A stretch of 64,000 bases of DNA, from positions 1 through 64,000 of IMG/VR virus record IMGVR_UViG_3300027891_000004; one strand, written 5' to 3'. Positions 7,349-15,448 of the stretch are shown in pieces. The translations under genes and the position numbers were made by a program. The DNA comes from a virus (taxonomy: Duplodnaviria > Caudoviricetes). The first letter of the stretch is position 1. Each line of letters starts with the position of its first letter. The notes beneath the pieces were generated by a model, which saw only the letters and a program-made list of their open reading frames with translations, did no database searches and was not told the DNA's origin.

Positions 7349-9394
7349 TCAATCATTTCGGCGTTTGCAGAACAAGTCGATCATACTCAAAATGTACTTT
7401 TCCGTATCTGTGCCGACGCCTTTCCAACCCTTATGGCCCCGTTTCGAGAGGTAGTTTTTCAACTGTCCAACTGTTTTTATGTGGTGTCCGTACTTTATGT
7501 AGTATGCCCATTTACTTTCGTTTTTGTTTAACAACTTTTCGCCAACGGCGCACCGAAACCATGTCATTTTGCATCGCTTTTGTATCGACTTGCTTTTTTC
7601 GTCTTTTTCTATGAGCCATAAGTGGAAGTCGTCAACGGACATTGTTTCGGGATCGGGCCGTTGTTTTTTTGGTAATTTTGCTTTTGGTGCCAGATCAGGG
7701 GCTATGGATGCTATCAATTCGGGCGTAATTGGTTTCGGTTTGAAATTAGGCGTAGGCTCATTTGGAACCGTAGCGGGTGGCGTCGTTTCCTGGCCCGCCT
7801 TTGCTTCGCATACGGGAGTTACGGGCGTTTCCGGTTCTTTTGGGTAAAAGAACTTTTCCTTTTGTCCGGTCTTTTCATCACGGAGACTGACCGTGATACC
7901 TCGGCAAACGTACGCCATGTATTGCAGAGAATACTTCAGTGCGTCGTAGCCCATCACGCCGTCTGGGAATATTTCTGGATCGGGCGTGATAGTTATTTGA
8001 GTACCGCATTTTTCGGTCTTTTTCAAAACAGACACGGGGCCTACGGGAATTCCGCGTTTGCATATCAGCCGCATAACCTGCCCGTTATTGTGCACATCGA
8101 CGATGCACCGTTTGGCGATCAAATTGAACCGTCGAACGAGGTACAAATCGTTAGGCACCAAATGTTGGCTTTCTTTGAACGTGCCTTTGAAATAATACGG
8201 GTATTTTTCGATAGGCAAACAATGCCTATCGTTTGCAAACGTGACGGTGCCGTCTTTTTTGATCGCTACGATTATTACCGATACGTTTTTCTTTAGTTCG
8301 ATAAAATAGGTGCGGACAATATCGTGGATACGTTTTTCTGATGGCGTCATTTCTGTTTCTTTTGTTAGGGGTTCGGTTATTGTTTGTTCCGGTTCGTCCG
8401 GTTCGTTCGATTCTGACGTAGGCGAGATTGCGTGCAGGACGAGTTTGCACATTTGTTGGGTCCAATCGTAGGCGGGAGCCAACCCGTGAATTCGTTTTAT
8501 CCTTTTCGCTTCATTCACGACGCTGACGAGAACATCATCGTGTGAGGCTTCCCTGTCGCGTCTGGCCAACTCATAAAAAGTTTCCCACCGTTCTAGGCAA
8601 TTTTGTATTTCGTTTTGAAACGGCGTACAATCGTCGTGTGCTACTGTGGGCTTGATGGACGTATCTGGCGTTGTTTCCGCTCGTGTTACGAGGCCTCGCT
8701 CCGTTTCCTGTCGTTCCTCTGTTTCTTCCGTGGTTATTTCTTCTTTTTCGATTTGTTTCATGGCTTCTTTTACCAATGGCTGATTTTTGTTGCATTCTTT
8801 CCGATCTGTGCGCCTTGAGCATTCGATATTTTTTGCAATAATCTCATCGGTCCGGTCTTTGATATTTTCCAATTCTTTTTCGGAAGCGTTTTTTGCACGA
8901 ACACCAAGATCGGCCTCTGCTTTTGCGAGCGCGTTATCGACATGTTCGATAGATAGTGTGCCGTCAATAATCTGTCGTTGGAGGTCAAGAGAAGCATATT
9001 TTCTGATCCTTACTCCACGTTCTATATGCCGCCAACTTACGCCTGATATTTTGGACGCCGACTTGCTCGTTACTTTGTATCCGCCTTTTTTTCGTAACAG
9101 ATAGTAATCGACAGCGAGCAACGTCAACTGCGAAGGCGTCATGTGATGCCTATACCTGTTATTTTGTATTGCGAATCCCAGCGGATCGTCGCCCAGATAA
9201 TCATTGTACGCGGGGTAGGCACCGACTCGTGCGGCCGCGAGGTATCTGTCGTACCCGTCCAATATCCGGCCCTCGTACATAATAATCACGGGGGGACACC
9301 CGGCTTTGATCTCGTTGACGCGAGCTTCAATGTCGGTATCATCCGGCATAGGCAGCATCGCGGCGTATTCGTGTAGTTCTGGTTTTGTTGACAT
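7349..9394 (-). CDS. ParB-like N-terminal domain protein fused to a degenerate GyrB ATPase fragment
   Basis: N-terminal LHEYA..LP.P...I.MYEGRILDG..RY.AA...DPL.F....N..RHHMT.SQ plus HTH; ~7841-8350 reads ...DGTVT..ND...LP.E...YKRG-like CKRG.P...GT.IT..PDPEIF...L..L.Y...GI.V.L.DE.T...FFYP. Confidence 0.75.
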   Translation of the reverse strand: MSTKPELHEYAAMLPMPDDTDIEARVNEIKAGCPPVIIMYEGRILDGYDRYLAAARVGAYPAYNDYLGDDPLGFAIQNNRYRHHMTPSQLTLLAVDYYLLRKKGGYKVTSKSASKISGVSWRHIERGVRIRKYASLDLQRQIIDGTLSIEHVDNALAKAEADLGVRAKNASEKELENIKDRTDEIIAKNIECSRRTDRKECNKNQPLVKEAMKQIEKEEITTEETEERQETERGLVTRAETTPDTSIKPTVAHDDCTPFQNEIQNCLERWETFYELARRDREASHDDVLVSVVNEAKRIKRIHGLAPAYDWTQQMCKLVLHAISPTSESNEPDEPEQTITEPLTKETEMTPSEKRIHDIVRTYFIELKKNVSVIIVAIKKDGTVTFANDRHCLPIEKYPYYFKGTFKESQHLVPNDLYLVRRFNLIAKRCIVDVHNNGQVMRLICKRGIPVGPVSVLKKTEKCGTQITITPDPEIFPDGVMGYDALKYSLQYMAYVCRGITVSLRDEKTGQKEKFFYPKEPETPVTPVCEAKAGQETTPPATVPNEPTPNFKPKPITPELIASIAPDLAPKAKLPKKQRPDPETMSVDDFHLWLIEKDEKSKSIQKRCKMTWFRCAVGEKLLNKNESKWAYYIKYGHHIKTVGQLKNYLSKRGHKGWKGVGTDTEKYILSMIDLFCKRRND

Positions 9395-9525
9395 TGTTTT
9401 CTACTGCTGTATTTTGGCGCAATAATTGTGAACTGTTGTATAATATGCCAATTTGGACAGTTATTTAGAAAAAAAAAAACAGATAAGGCGTTTTGCATTA
9501 TCTGTTCTCAAAATACGCGTACCAG

Positions 9526-10065
9526 TCATGCGATGGCGACGAATTCCCCGTTGACAAGTTTGTACGTAACGCCCGCTTCAATATCCTTACCAACAATGCC
9601 GCACTTGGCGTTAATAATGTTCCATTCATCGTCGCGTTCGACAAGGAAAATAACACTCCCCGGTTTGGTTGCCCTCGCGGTACAATCCAGGCCCGTCGCT
9701 ACGGCCACTGAATTTTCTCCTTCGACAATCGCAATCGAGTCTTTACCGTTTACAGCGGCAATGCTATACTTTCCGGTATTACTTGAACTGCTTCGATTCC
9801 CGGTGTTACTTGAACTGCTATACTTTCCGGTGTTACTTGAACTGCCTCGATACCCGGTGTTGCTTGAAAGGCTATAATTCCCGGTGTTACTTGAACTGCT
9901 ATACTTTCCGGTGTTACTTGAACTGCTTCGATTCCCGGTGTTACTTGAAAGGCTCCAATCCCCGGTGTTACTTGAAATGCTTCGATATTCGGTGTTACTT
10001 GACATGGCAATAATCCTTTTTGAAAAATGTTTTTGAATTTTGTAAGGTTCGTTCCTTACACACAT
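9526..10065 (-). CDS. N-terminally truncated paralogue of 30862..31563 (NTG repeat protein)
   Basis: About nine SSNTGxxS repeats (27-bp period); 3' ~230 bp highly similar to 30866-31101; N-terminal domain absent. Confidence 0.6.
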   Translation of the reverse strand: MCVRNEPYKIQKHFSKRIIAMSSNTEYRSISSNTGDWSLSSNTGNRSSSSNTGKYSSSSNTGNYSLSSNTGYRGSSSNTGKYSSSSNTGNRSSSSNTGKYSIAAVNGKDSIAIVEGENSVAVATGLDCTARATKPGSVIFLVERDDEWNIINAKCGIVGKDIEAGVTYKLVNGEFVAIA

Positions 10066-10124
10066 ATTTCAATAGATTCGTAGAGCAAGTTTAAAAGAAA
10101 AATATATTCAGAATCGCTATTCGT

Positions 10125-10385
10125 TCCCATTGTGGTCCGCTCTCTATCGTAGAAAGACGCCCGGAGGCACGGGGAACCGTAACGAAAACCGTACCTCCGG
10201 AGCGCACGAAACCGGGGATTGCAGGACACGCGTAAAACATGTGCCGAGGCACAAAAGACGATTTATCAATATCTTTCGTTCAGCCGCTACAACCAAGCGA
10301 ACTTGGACAAAGTCACGAAACTCACCTCGGCACACGCTACTACTGCCGGACCACGAAATGCTAACTATCCTGCAGCCTCGCGCTT
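10125..10385 (-). ncRNA. Candidate structured ncRNA with long-range pseudoknot, family not recognised
   Basis: Stems 10132-39/10347-54, 10161-72/10189-200, 10220-26/10368-74, 10237-50/10324-37; UUCG hairpin 10293-10306; G-U pairs form only on the minus strand. Confidence 0.6.
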
Positions 10386-10546
10386 GTTCTACAAAACAAA
10401 TATGCGGTCGTAAGAATTAAAAACAAGATCAATTTTCGGTAAGGCAACCCATGATTTTTACACAGCCTGCTTGAAACTTGTCTAATTTTCCGCATATTAT
10501 AAAAGTCGAATTCAAATCTATTTCTTTATCAGGGGCACCAAACGGC

Positions 10547-10882
10547 ATGAAAAATCTAAACGAAAAACAAATAGCGTACTATACGAAAATGTACAACAGA
10601 ATGACGGACGAGGAAAAAGGCGGAATTTCCCTTGAGGAGTGTTTGAACTTTTTTGACCTCAGTTACGAGACGATGGGCAATATGGTACGCAATGCACACA
10701 GAATGGCAGAGGAGGATTGGTCCGCCTTTCATGCTTCTATGAACGCATGCGCCAACCAAGCGTTCACTGATTCCGCAACACGCGATATGCCCAAAATGTC
10801 ATTAGAAGAAATATCTGCCGGGTGGAAATCAAAAGTTAGAGAATGCGAAGAGTTTTTAAAAAAACAGCGCATCGAACCGTAA
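10547..10882 (+). CDS. Hypothetical protein
   Basis: ATG 10547 with AGGGG upstream and a sigma70-like TTGTCT...TATTAT promoter. Confidence 0.6.
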   Translation: MKNLNEKQIAYYTKMYNRMTDEEKGGISLEECLNFFDLSYETMGNMVRNAHRMAEEDWSAFHASMNACANQAFTDSATRDMPKMSLEEISAGWKSKVRECEEFLKKQRIEP

Positions 10883-10896
10883 AATTCAAAACATCC

Positions 10897-11322
10897 CTAA
10901 TTACGATCCAACCACTCCCCTGTTTCCGATTTTGCTATGATGTTGTAATCTTTTTGTGGCCTATCTCTTTCTTTTTTATAATGGTCCATTAGCGGAATAA
11001 ACTGCCGTTGGTAATCCTGTTCTATTTCTTTTATTCTGCGATTTTTTGCATCCGAAGACGGGGAGGCGTTTAATTTTGTTAGCTCTATCATCCTCGCATA
11101 ATTAAGCGCGGACATCGCCGCTTCCGTTTCATTGATATTCTCAAGCCGATCCCGTACAACGGACGGCGGCACATCTTCGATTTTCACCTCGTTACCCCTT
11201 TCCCAGAAGGTGGCGTTATCCACATGCGCTGCGTTAAACGGTTGCATAACCGACATGCCCATTCGGGCATGGGCACCGTTTTGTAGATTTTCAAACATTC
11301 CAATATCAGCGAGCTTTTCCAT
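10897..11322 (-). CDS. Leader-tagged protein (ADIGMFENLQ variant), helical payload
   Basis: MEKLADIGMFENLQNGAHARMGMSVMQPFN aligns with MQKLADISVFEGLQRGAHAQMNIPSEMSVFN (25900). Confidence 0.8.
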   Translation of the reverse strand: MEKLADIGMFENLQNGAHARMGMSVMQPFNAAHVDNATFWERGNEVKIEDVPPSVVRDRLENINETEAAMSALNYARMIELTKLNASPSSDAKNRRIKEIEQDYQRQFIPLMDHYKKERDRPQKDYNIIAKSETGEWLDRN

Positions 11323-11349
11323 TGTGTTTTAATTGAAAGAACAATTTTT

Positions 11350-11403
11350 GTAGTATCCTACGTAGCATCCTACAAAAACGTAGCACCCTACGTAGCATCC
11401 TAC
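11350..11403. repeat. Four 12-bp dyad units GTAGyAyCCTAC, operator or arm-site-like
   Basis: Units at 11350, 11362, 11380 and 11392. Confidence 0.8.
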
Positions 11404-11406
11404 AAA

Positions 11407-11430
11407 AAAGCCCGCCACGTGGCGGGCTTT
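11407..11430 (-). terminator. Dispersed palindrome copy 4, positioned as terminator of the fibre/lysis operon
   Basis: AAAGCCCGCCACGTGGCGGGCTTT; T6 follows the stem on the minus strand; 17 nt past stop 11448. Confidence 0.8.
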
Positions 11431-11447
11431 CGAGCGAGGCATAAAAA

Positions 11448-12056
11448 CTATTCGGCCTCTTCTTCATCTACCTCGAGGTCGGTATCTTCTTCTTCGCCCG
11501 TTTCATCATCGCCGCTTTCGGAGGCGTTTTCTTCTTCGGGCGTGTCTTCTTTAGGTTCGCCTTTCGGTTCTTCCTCCGGTTCGTCCGGCGTCGCGGGCGG
11601 CACAATTGTGAACCCGACTTCTTCGGACACCTCTTCCATAGTGCCCGCCGTAAGCACCGGCGCAGGAGGCGCAGGAGGCGGGGTCATATCCTTCAAGCCG
11701 GAAATAAACAGGAAGCTCGGCTCCGACCAGTTACCGGCCTTATCCGCAGTTCTGGTATAAATCTCCGCCTCCGTTTCATACGGGATGACAAACCGGACCA
11801 CGCATTCCTCAAGCGGAAGCTCTCCGGTCTGTACCTTCTCTTCTTTTACAAAAAACTCCAGCATCCGTACAACGGGGCTCCCCGCCGCCGGAACTGCCGG
11901 GAACAACACGGTAAATGCAACTTTATCAGACATATCAAACACCTCGGTAACAAAAGGAGTAGGCGGTTTCGGCGGACCGCCGAACAGCAGGCCGCGAAAC
12001 CGCCATAAAAAACAAACGAACAAAAAGCAGATAATAAACTGGAGCCAAACAGTCAT
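11448..12056 (-). CDS. Membrane-anchored protein with FN3/Ig-like segment and acidic tail
   Basis: N-terminal hydrophobic helix, ADKAGNWSEPS motif, Pro-rich linker, E/D-rich C-terminus. Confidence 0.7.
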   Translation of the reverse strand: MTVWLQFIICFLFVCFLWRFRGLLFGGPPKPPTPFVTEVFDMSDKVAFTVLFPAVPAAGSPVVRMLEFFVKEEKVQTGELPLEECVVRFVIPYETEAEIYTRTADKAGNWSEPSFLFISGLKDMTPPPAPPAPVLTAGTMEEVSEEVGFTIVPPATPDEPEEEPKGEPKEDTPEEENASESGDDETGEEEDTDLEVDEEEAE

Positions 12057-12445
12057 AGCTCTTCAAGCGCACTTGCCTTATCGATGACCGTATCGACCTC
12101 GTTATGGAGTTCATCGATAAGTAGGATTAAATCATGGTCCACCGTGTTGATATTTTTATTGAGCTGCTCCAGTGTGTCGTTAAGCACCGCAATCGACGCA
12201 TCGAAGGATTGAATACATCTCGTATATTCTTTTCGGTCTTTAATCGTCGTATACCACAGGAAGACCACGGCCAGGAATTGCACCACAATAAACGCCAGTA
12301 ACCCCTGCGGGAGTATCTCCATTACGTGTTTATAGTATTGGTAGCGTTCGGACCTGCGCATCGCGTTACGCTTCCTTACAAAGCGGTCCCCCACACCATT
12401 TTCACGGCTTTCAACGGGCGTATCGTGTGTATTTTCAAAAGACAT
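12053..12445 (-). CDS. Holin-like membrane protein (one TM plus coiled coil)
   Basis: QGLLAFIVVQFLAVVFLWYT TM followed by a heptad tail, BhlA-like architecture. Confidence 0.55.
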   Translation of the reverse strand: MSFENTHDTPVESRENGVGDRFVRKRNAMRRSERYQYYKHVMEILPQGLLAFIVVQFLAVVFLWYTTIKDRKEYTRCIQSFDASIAVLNDTLEQLNKNINTVDHDLILLIDELHNEVDTVIDKASALEEL

Positions 12446-12463
12446 AACCTGAGATATGAAAAA

Positions 12464-12488
12464 GTGGAAACCGCCACTCGGTTTCCAC
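12464..12488 (-). terminator. Rho-independent terminator-like hairpin
   Basis: GTGGAAACCG-CCACT-CGGTTTCCAC, with TTTT following on the minus strand. Confidence 0.6.
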
Positions 12489-12502
12489 GTTGTTGCGAAA
12501 AT

Positions 12503-12955
12503 TCATTGTTCCAAACGATAATCGGTGCCTGTCGGCAAGTCGTCCGGCGATACGATCAAATCGGGAAACTCGCCATCTGCCTTTACGCCGCTTGTGGCCC
12601 GGTCTATTTGCGATATTTTGCTGCCCAGAATGATGATATTCGTATTGATACGATCAACTTTTTCTACAATCTTTTCCAGCAGCAAGTCTCGTTGTTTCAG
12701 ACTGACGGTCAATTCGCTCAACACAAGATGGAACCCGTTTACGCTTTTTATGTATTCGACCCGGTCGGCACCTGCGTCTCGCCATAGGATATAGACGGTC
12801 CCGAACAGACCGATAAAAAGAAAGATAAAGATATTCAACATGACGCCGAACTGGTACTTCAAAAGCGAGGTAGGCGACATTTTCGAGACGGCGTGCCCTT
12901 CCGTGGACGCCTGCCCGCTAAGATGTGCTATCATGTTGAATATGAGTTTTAGCAT
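12503..12955 (-). CDS. Holin-like membrane protein (one TM plus coiled coil)
   Basis: FGVMLNIFIFLFIGLFGTVYILW TM followed by a coiled coil. Confidence 0.55.
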   Translation of the reverse strand: MLKLIFNMIAHLSGQASTEGHAVSKMSPTSLLKYQFGVMLNIFIFLFIGLFGTVYILWRDAGADRVEYIKSVNGFHLVLSELTVSLKQRDLLLEKIVEKVDRINTNIIILGSKISQIDRATSGVKADGEFPDLIVSPDDLPTGTDYRLEQ

Positions 12956-12967
12956 GGCGGTTCAAAA

Positions 12968-13249
12968 TCATTTCTCTTGGTGTTTGTGTGTACGCCTGTT
13001 CCGATACTCCGGCGGCAGGTCCATCCGCTTCCTCTCCCAAATATAGCTCTGTTCACAATGCCTGCGGCCCTGCTCATCCACCTGCCAAAAGAAGAGCGAG
13101 TCCAAGACATACCGGAACCACCGCTTCTCCCGCCAGCAGCGGGCGGAAAGGCTCTCGTCGGCGAACCCAAAAAATATCGCGTTAATCAATTGGTCCACCG
13201 CGATAGATAAGTTCTTGAAGTACAACAGCACTCTTCTCTCTTCAGGCAT
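12968..13249 (-). CDS. Conserved phage protein (DQL.NA..G..DE.LS.R.W family)
   Basis: IAVDQLINA..FG.ADESLSARCWR...D.LFFWQ....HC..SY..E..R..LPPEYR; typical of tail/lysis regions. Confidence 0.8.
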   Translation of the reverse strand: MPEERRVLLYFKNLSIAVDQLINAIFFGFADESLSARCWREKRWFRYVLDSLFFWQVDEQGRRHCEQSYIWERKRMDLPPEYRNRRTHKHQEK

Positions 13250-13271
13250 AGGCTCACCTGCTTTCTCTCAA

Positions 13272-13730
13272 TTACGACAGTTCCGGCTCAATAACATCGG
13301 GCGTAACTTCCGGCTCCACCGGCGTCTTGTACGCAATCAGTTTCAAATCACCGGAATAAACAACCGTGTAGTCGCCCGGCTCTTCCGAGATCACAGGAAC
13401 CGCATCCTGCCGCACTGTACCGACCCCTTGTATGTAGGGCAGCTCTTCCTTAATGACATCGGCCAGGCGGAAGAAATCGGGTGGCGGGACCGGCTCGTCC
13501 GCAATACCGACAAGGATAAATGCGTACTTGCCCTGGATCACCTTGACCGGCTCGCCAATCTTCGTCGGGTCCTCCATATCACCGTAGTAGAAAGGCCGCT
13601 GGGTCTGTTTCGGCAGATTACTTGCCTTCAGCTCCTCAACATCAAGCTCCTGCGGTTCGACCACCTGGGCCAGGTTCGCAATGACAATGGTTCCGGGAAT
13701 AATGTTTGGATTGTTACTCATAGTACTCAA
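13272..13730 (-). CDS. Hypothetical protein in fibre operon
   Basis: 152-aa ORF in the operon. Confidence 0.7.
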   Translation of the reverse strand: MSTMSNNPNIIPGTIVIANLAQVVEPQELDVEELKASNLPKQTQRPFYYGDMEDPTKIGEPVKVIQGKYAFILVGIADEPVPPPDFFRLADVIKEELPYIQGVGTVRQDAVPVISEEPGDYTVVYSGDLKLIAYKTPVEPEVTPDVIEPELS

Positions 13731-13744
13731 AATGTGTTAAATGG

Positions 13745-13873
13745 TTAATCGTGATTGCCCTCTGCCAATTGATCGTTCAAATGTTCCTCGTCGTCCGGAC
13801 CAGCTTCCTCCCTGTCCGCGGACACGGAAGGAATCTCGTCAGACCGAACATAACTGTAACGTTTATCAATCAT
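13745..13873 (-). CDS. Small acidic protein (42 aa), not in ORF track
   Basis: MIDKRYSYVRSDEIPSVSADREEAGPDDEEHLNDQLAEGNHD; start overlaps the end of the upstream gene and the ORF fills the gap. Confidence 0.4.
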   Translation of the reverse strand: MIDKRYSYVRSDEIPSVSADREEAGPDDEEHLNDQLAEGNHD

Positions 13874-15446
13874 AGCCGTAGGTTATTGGGAATTCATTGG
13901 AATAAACGGGGTCAGTAAACGGCGTACCGTCCCAAGTGGTAAAGTTGGTGATTATCATTCGGTAAATAACCGTCCAATCAATAATCGCATTACTTGCCGG
14001 TGTAAATCTCACCGGATTGGGATACGTACTCGGCGATGTCCCGACGGTTCCCGTCCAATTCAGCGTATCTACATCTTGCCAAGAGCCACCAGCCGATTTC
14101 TTTTGCAGCTTGATCGTCGGGTTCGTAATCGCCGGTGCAATCTGGAAATCAAACCAGGTCGTAGGAACCCACTGGACAGTGGAGCCGGACGACGAACCGA
14201 CGATCTTAAACTCCAAAAGCGGCGCAACTGCAACAATCTGACTCGTCGGTACATCACAGCCCTCAATCTTGTAGTATTTCGTACCGGTACTTTTCGGGTT
14301 ATCGAGATATACCAGAGGCACCGTAATTGGCGTGCCTCCGGGAAATGCAGCGGTGCTCCCGTGTATCCAAATACCTTTCCACGGACCATCGGTACTATCT
14401 GCTCTGTATACGGAGGTATCCGCCGGTTCTGGCGGGGTAGTATGTGAAAGTTCAAACGTCAGTTCCGTCGGCGGGTTCTCCTCGACGAATATCTTATTCT
14501 CACGGATCGGTGCCAGCGGCGAGAAATAGTCTATATCATGCACCGGCAACACAGGCACACCGTTGACCTTGCTAATCCAGAGGCTGGGATAGTTCACTTT
14601 CACAACCTTTGAGGGGCCATAGGTTCCAATAGTTCTCAGGTAAATAGGCAACGGCGGGCTAACGGTCGGGTTGTTCTTGTAGAACTGAACACGTATTGTC
14701 CCAGCATTTACATCCACGCCGCTTGTTTGCTGTGCCCTTCCTATCTCGGTCCACGGCCCGCTAGGGTTATCGCTTCGTTCAACGGTAAAAGTCATCGAGT
14801 CATCGGGCGACGAAATAACACAGCCGCCGGGCGGGTTGAGCCACATACCATTTACCTCGCCGCCAACAACCGGAACACCGCGATACTTGCCTGCCCAGGG
14901 GACCTGTGTTCCAATATCACTACCTGGAGAGTAGCTATGAAAATTATCCAAGACCTCGCCGACAGAAACAATCGACAAAGGCATAAACTCAACCTTAATG
15001 ACCGGGGTAGTTCCCAGTTCTGTTTGTACGTAGTAATAAAGCGGACCGGCCCACTTACTGTCCGATATTGCCACAGGGTAGTACCAACCCGGCATCATAC
15101 CCGAAGTAACACCGGTAGACCCAACTTGAGTCCACGGGCCCGTAGGACTGGTACTGCGATACGCAGTTGTATTGAAATCGCCGCTGCCGCTGGTAGCGTA
15201 CACCCATAAAGTTGCAACCGGATTAAACACTACATCACTTGCAACTCCGTCTATGACCTCGACAACGTTACCAGTCGGTGGCGTCGGACTATGAGACCCG
15301 TAGTAACGACTAACAGCATCTACATGCGTGATATGTACGTTCTTGGCCCGCTGCCACACAATGGTATTGCCGCACTTCACCACCTCGATTGGTTTAGTAC
15401 CCACACGTACATCACTGATATTTTTATAGCCGACTCCAATAGGCAT
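13866..15446 (-). CDS. Fibre tip / receptor-binding protein with tandem beta-sandwich repeats
   Basis: N-terminal IGVG.KNISDV.VG.K.I..V.CG...VW docking motif; repeated (Y/E)R(S/A)....GPW units. Confidence 0.7.
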   Translation of the reverse strand: MPIGVGYKNISDVRVGTKPIEVVKCGNTIVWQRAKNVHITHVDAVSRYYGSHSPTPPTGNVVEVIDGVASDVVFNPVATLWVYATSGSGDFNTTAYRSTSPTGPWTQVGSTGVTSGMMPGWYYPVAISDSKWAGPLYYYVQTELGTTPVIKVEFMPLSIVSVGEVLDNFHSYSPGSDIGTQVPWAGKYRGVPVVGGEVNGMWLNPPGGCVISSPDDSMTFTVERSDNPSGPWTEIGRAQQTSGVDVNAGTIRVQFYKNNPTVSPPLPIYLRTIGTYGPSKVVKVNYPSLWISKVNGVPVLPVHDIDYFSPLAPIRENKIFVEENPPTELTFELSHTTPPEPADTSVYRADSTDGPWKGIWIHGSTAAFPGGTPITVPLVYLDNPKSTGTKYYKIEGCDVPTSQIVAVAPLLEFKIVGSSSGSTVQWVPTTWFDFQIAPAITNPTIKLQKKSAGGSWQDVDTLNWTGTVGTSPSTYPNPVRFTPASNAIIDWTVIYRMIITNFTTWDGTPFTDPVYSNEFPITYGYD

Positions 15447-15448
15447 TC

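Noticed and set aside
7349-9394. Calling this gene gyrB or parB
   Set aside because: ATP-binding motifs and TOPRIM are absent and no parA is adjacent; only domain-level similarity.
9766-10001. 27-bp periodic repeats resembling a CRISPR array
   Set aside because: In-frame 9-codon coding repeats (SSNTGxxSx) with no unique spacers; no cas genes in the window.
10125-10385. tmRNA, RNase P or HDV/hammerhead identity for the structured RNA
   Set aside because: No T-arm/CCA or tag frame, no GAGGAAAGUCC, no CUGANGA core, and the P3-equivalent stem is far too large for HDV.
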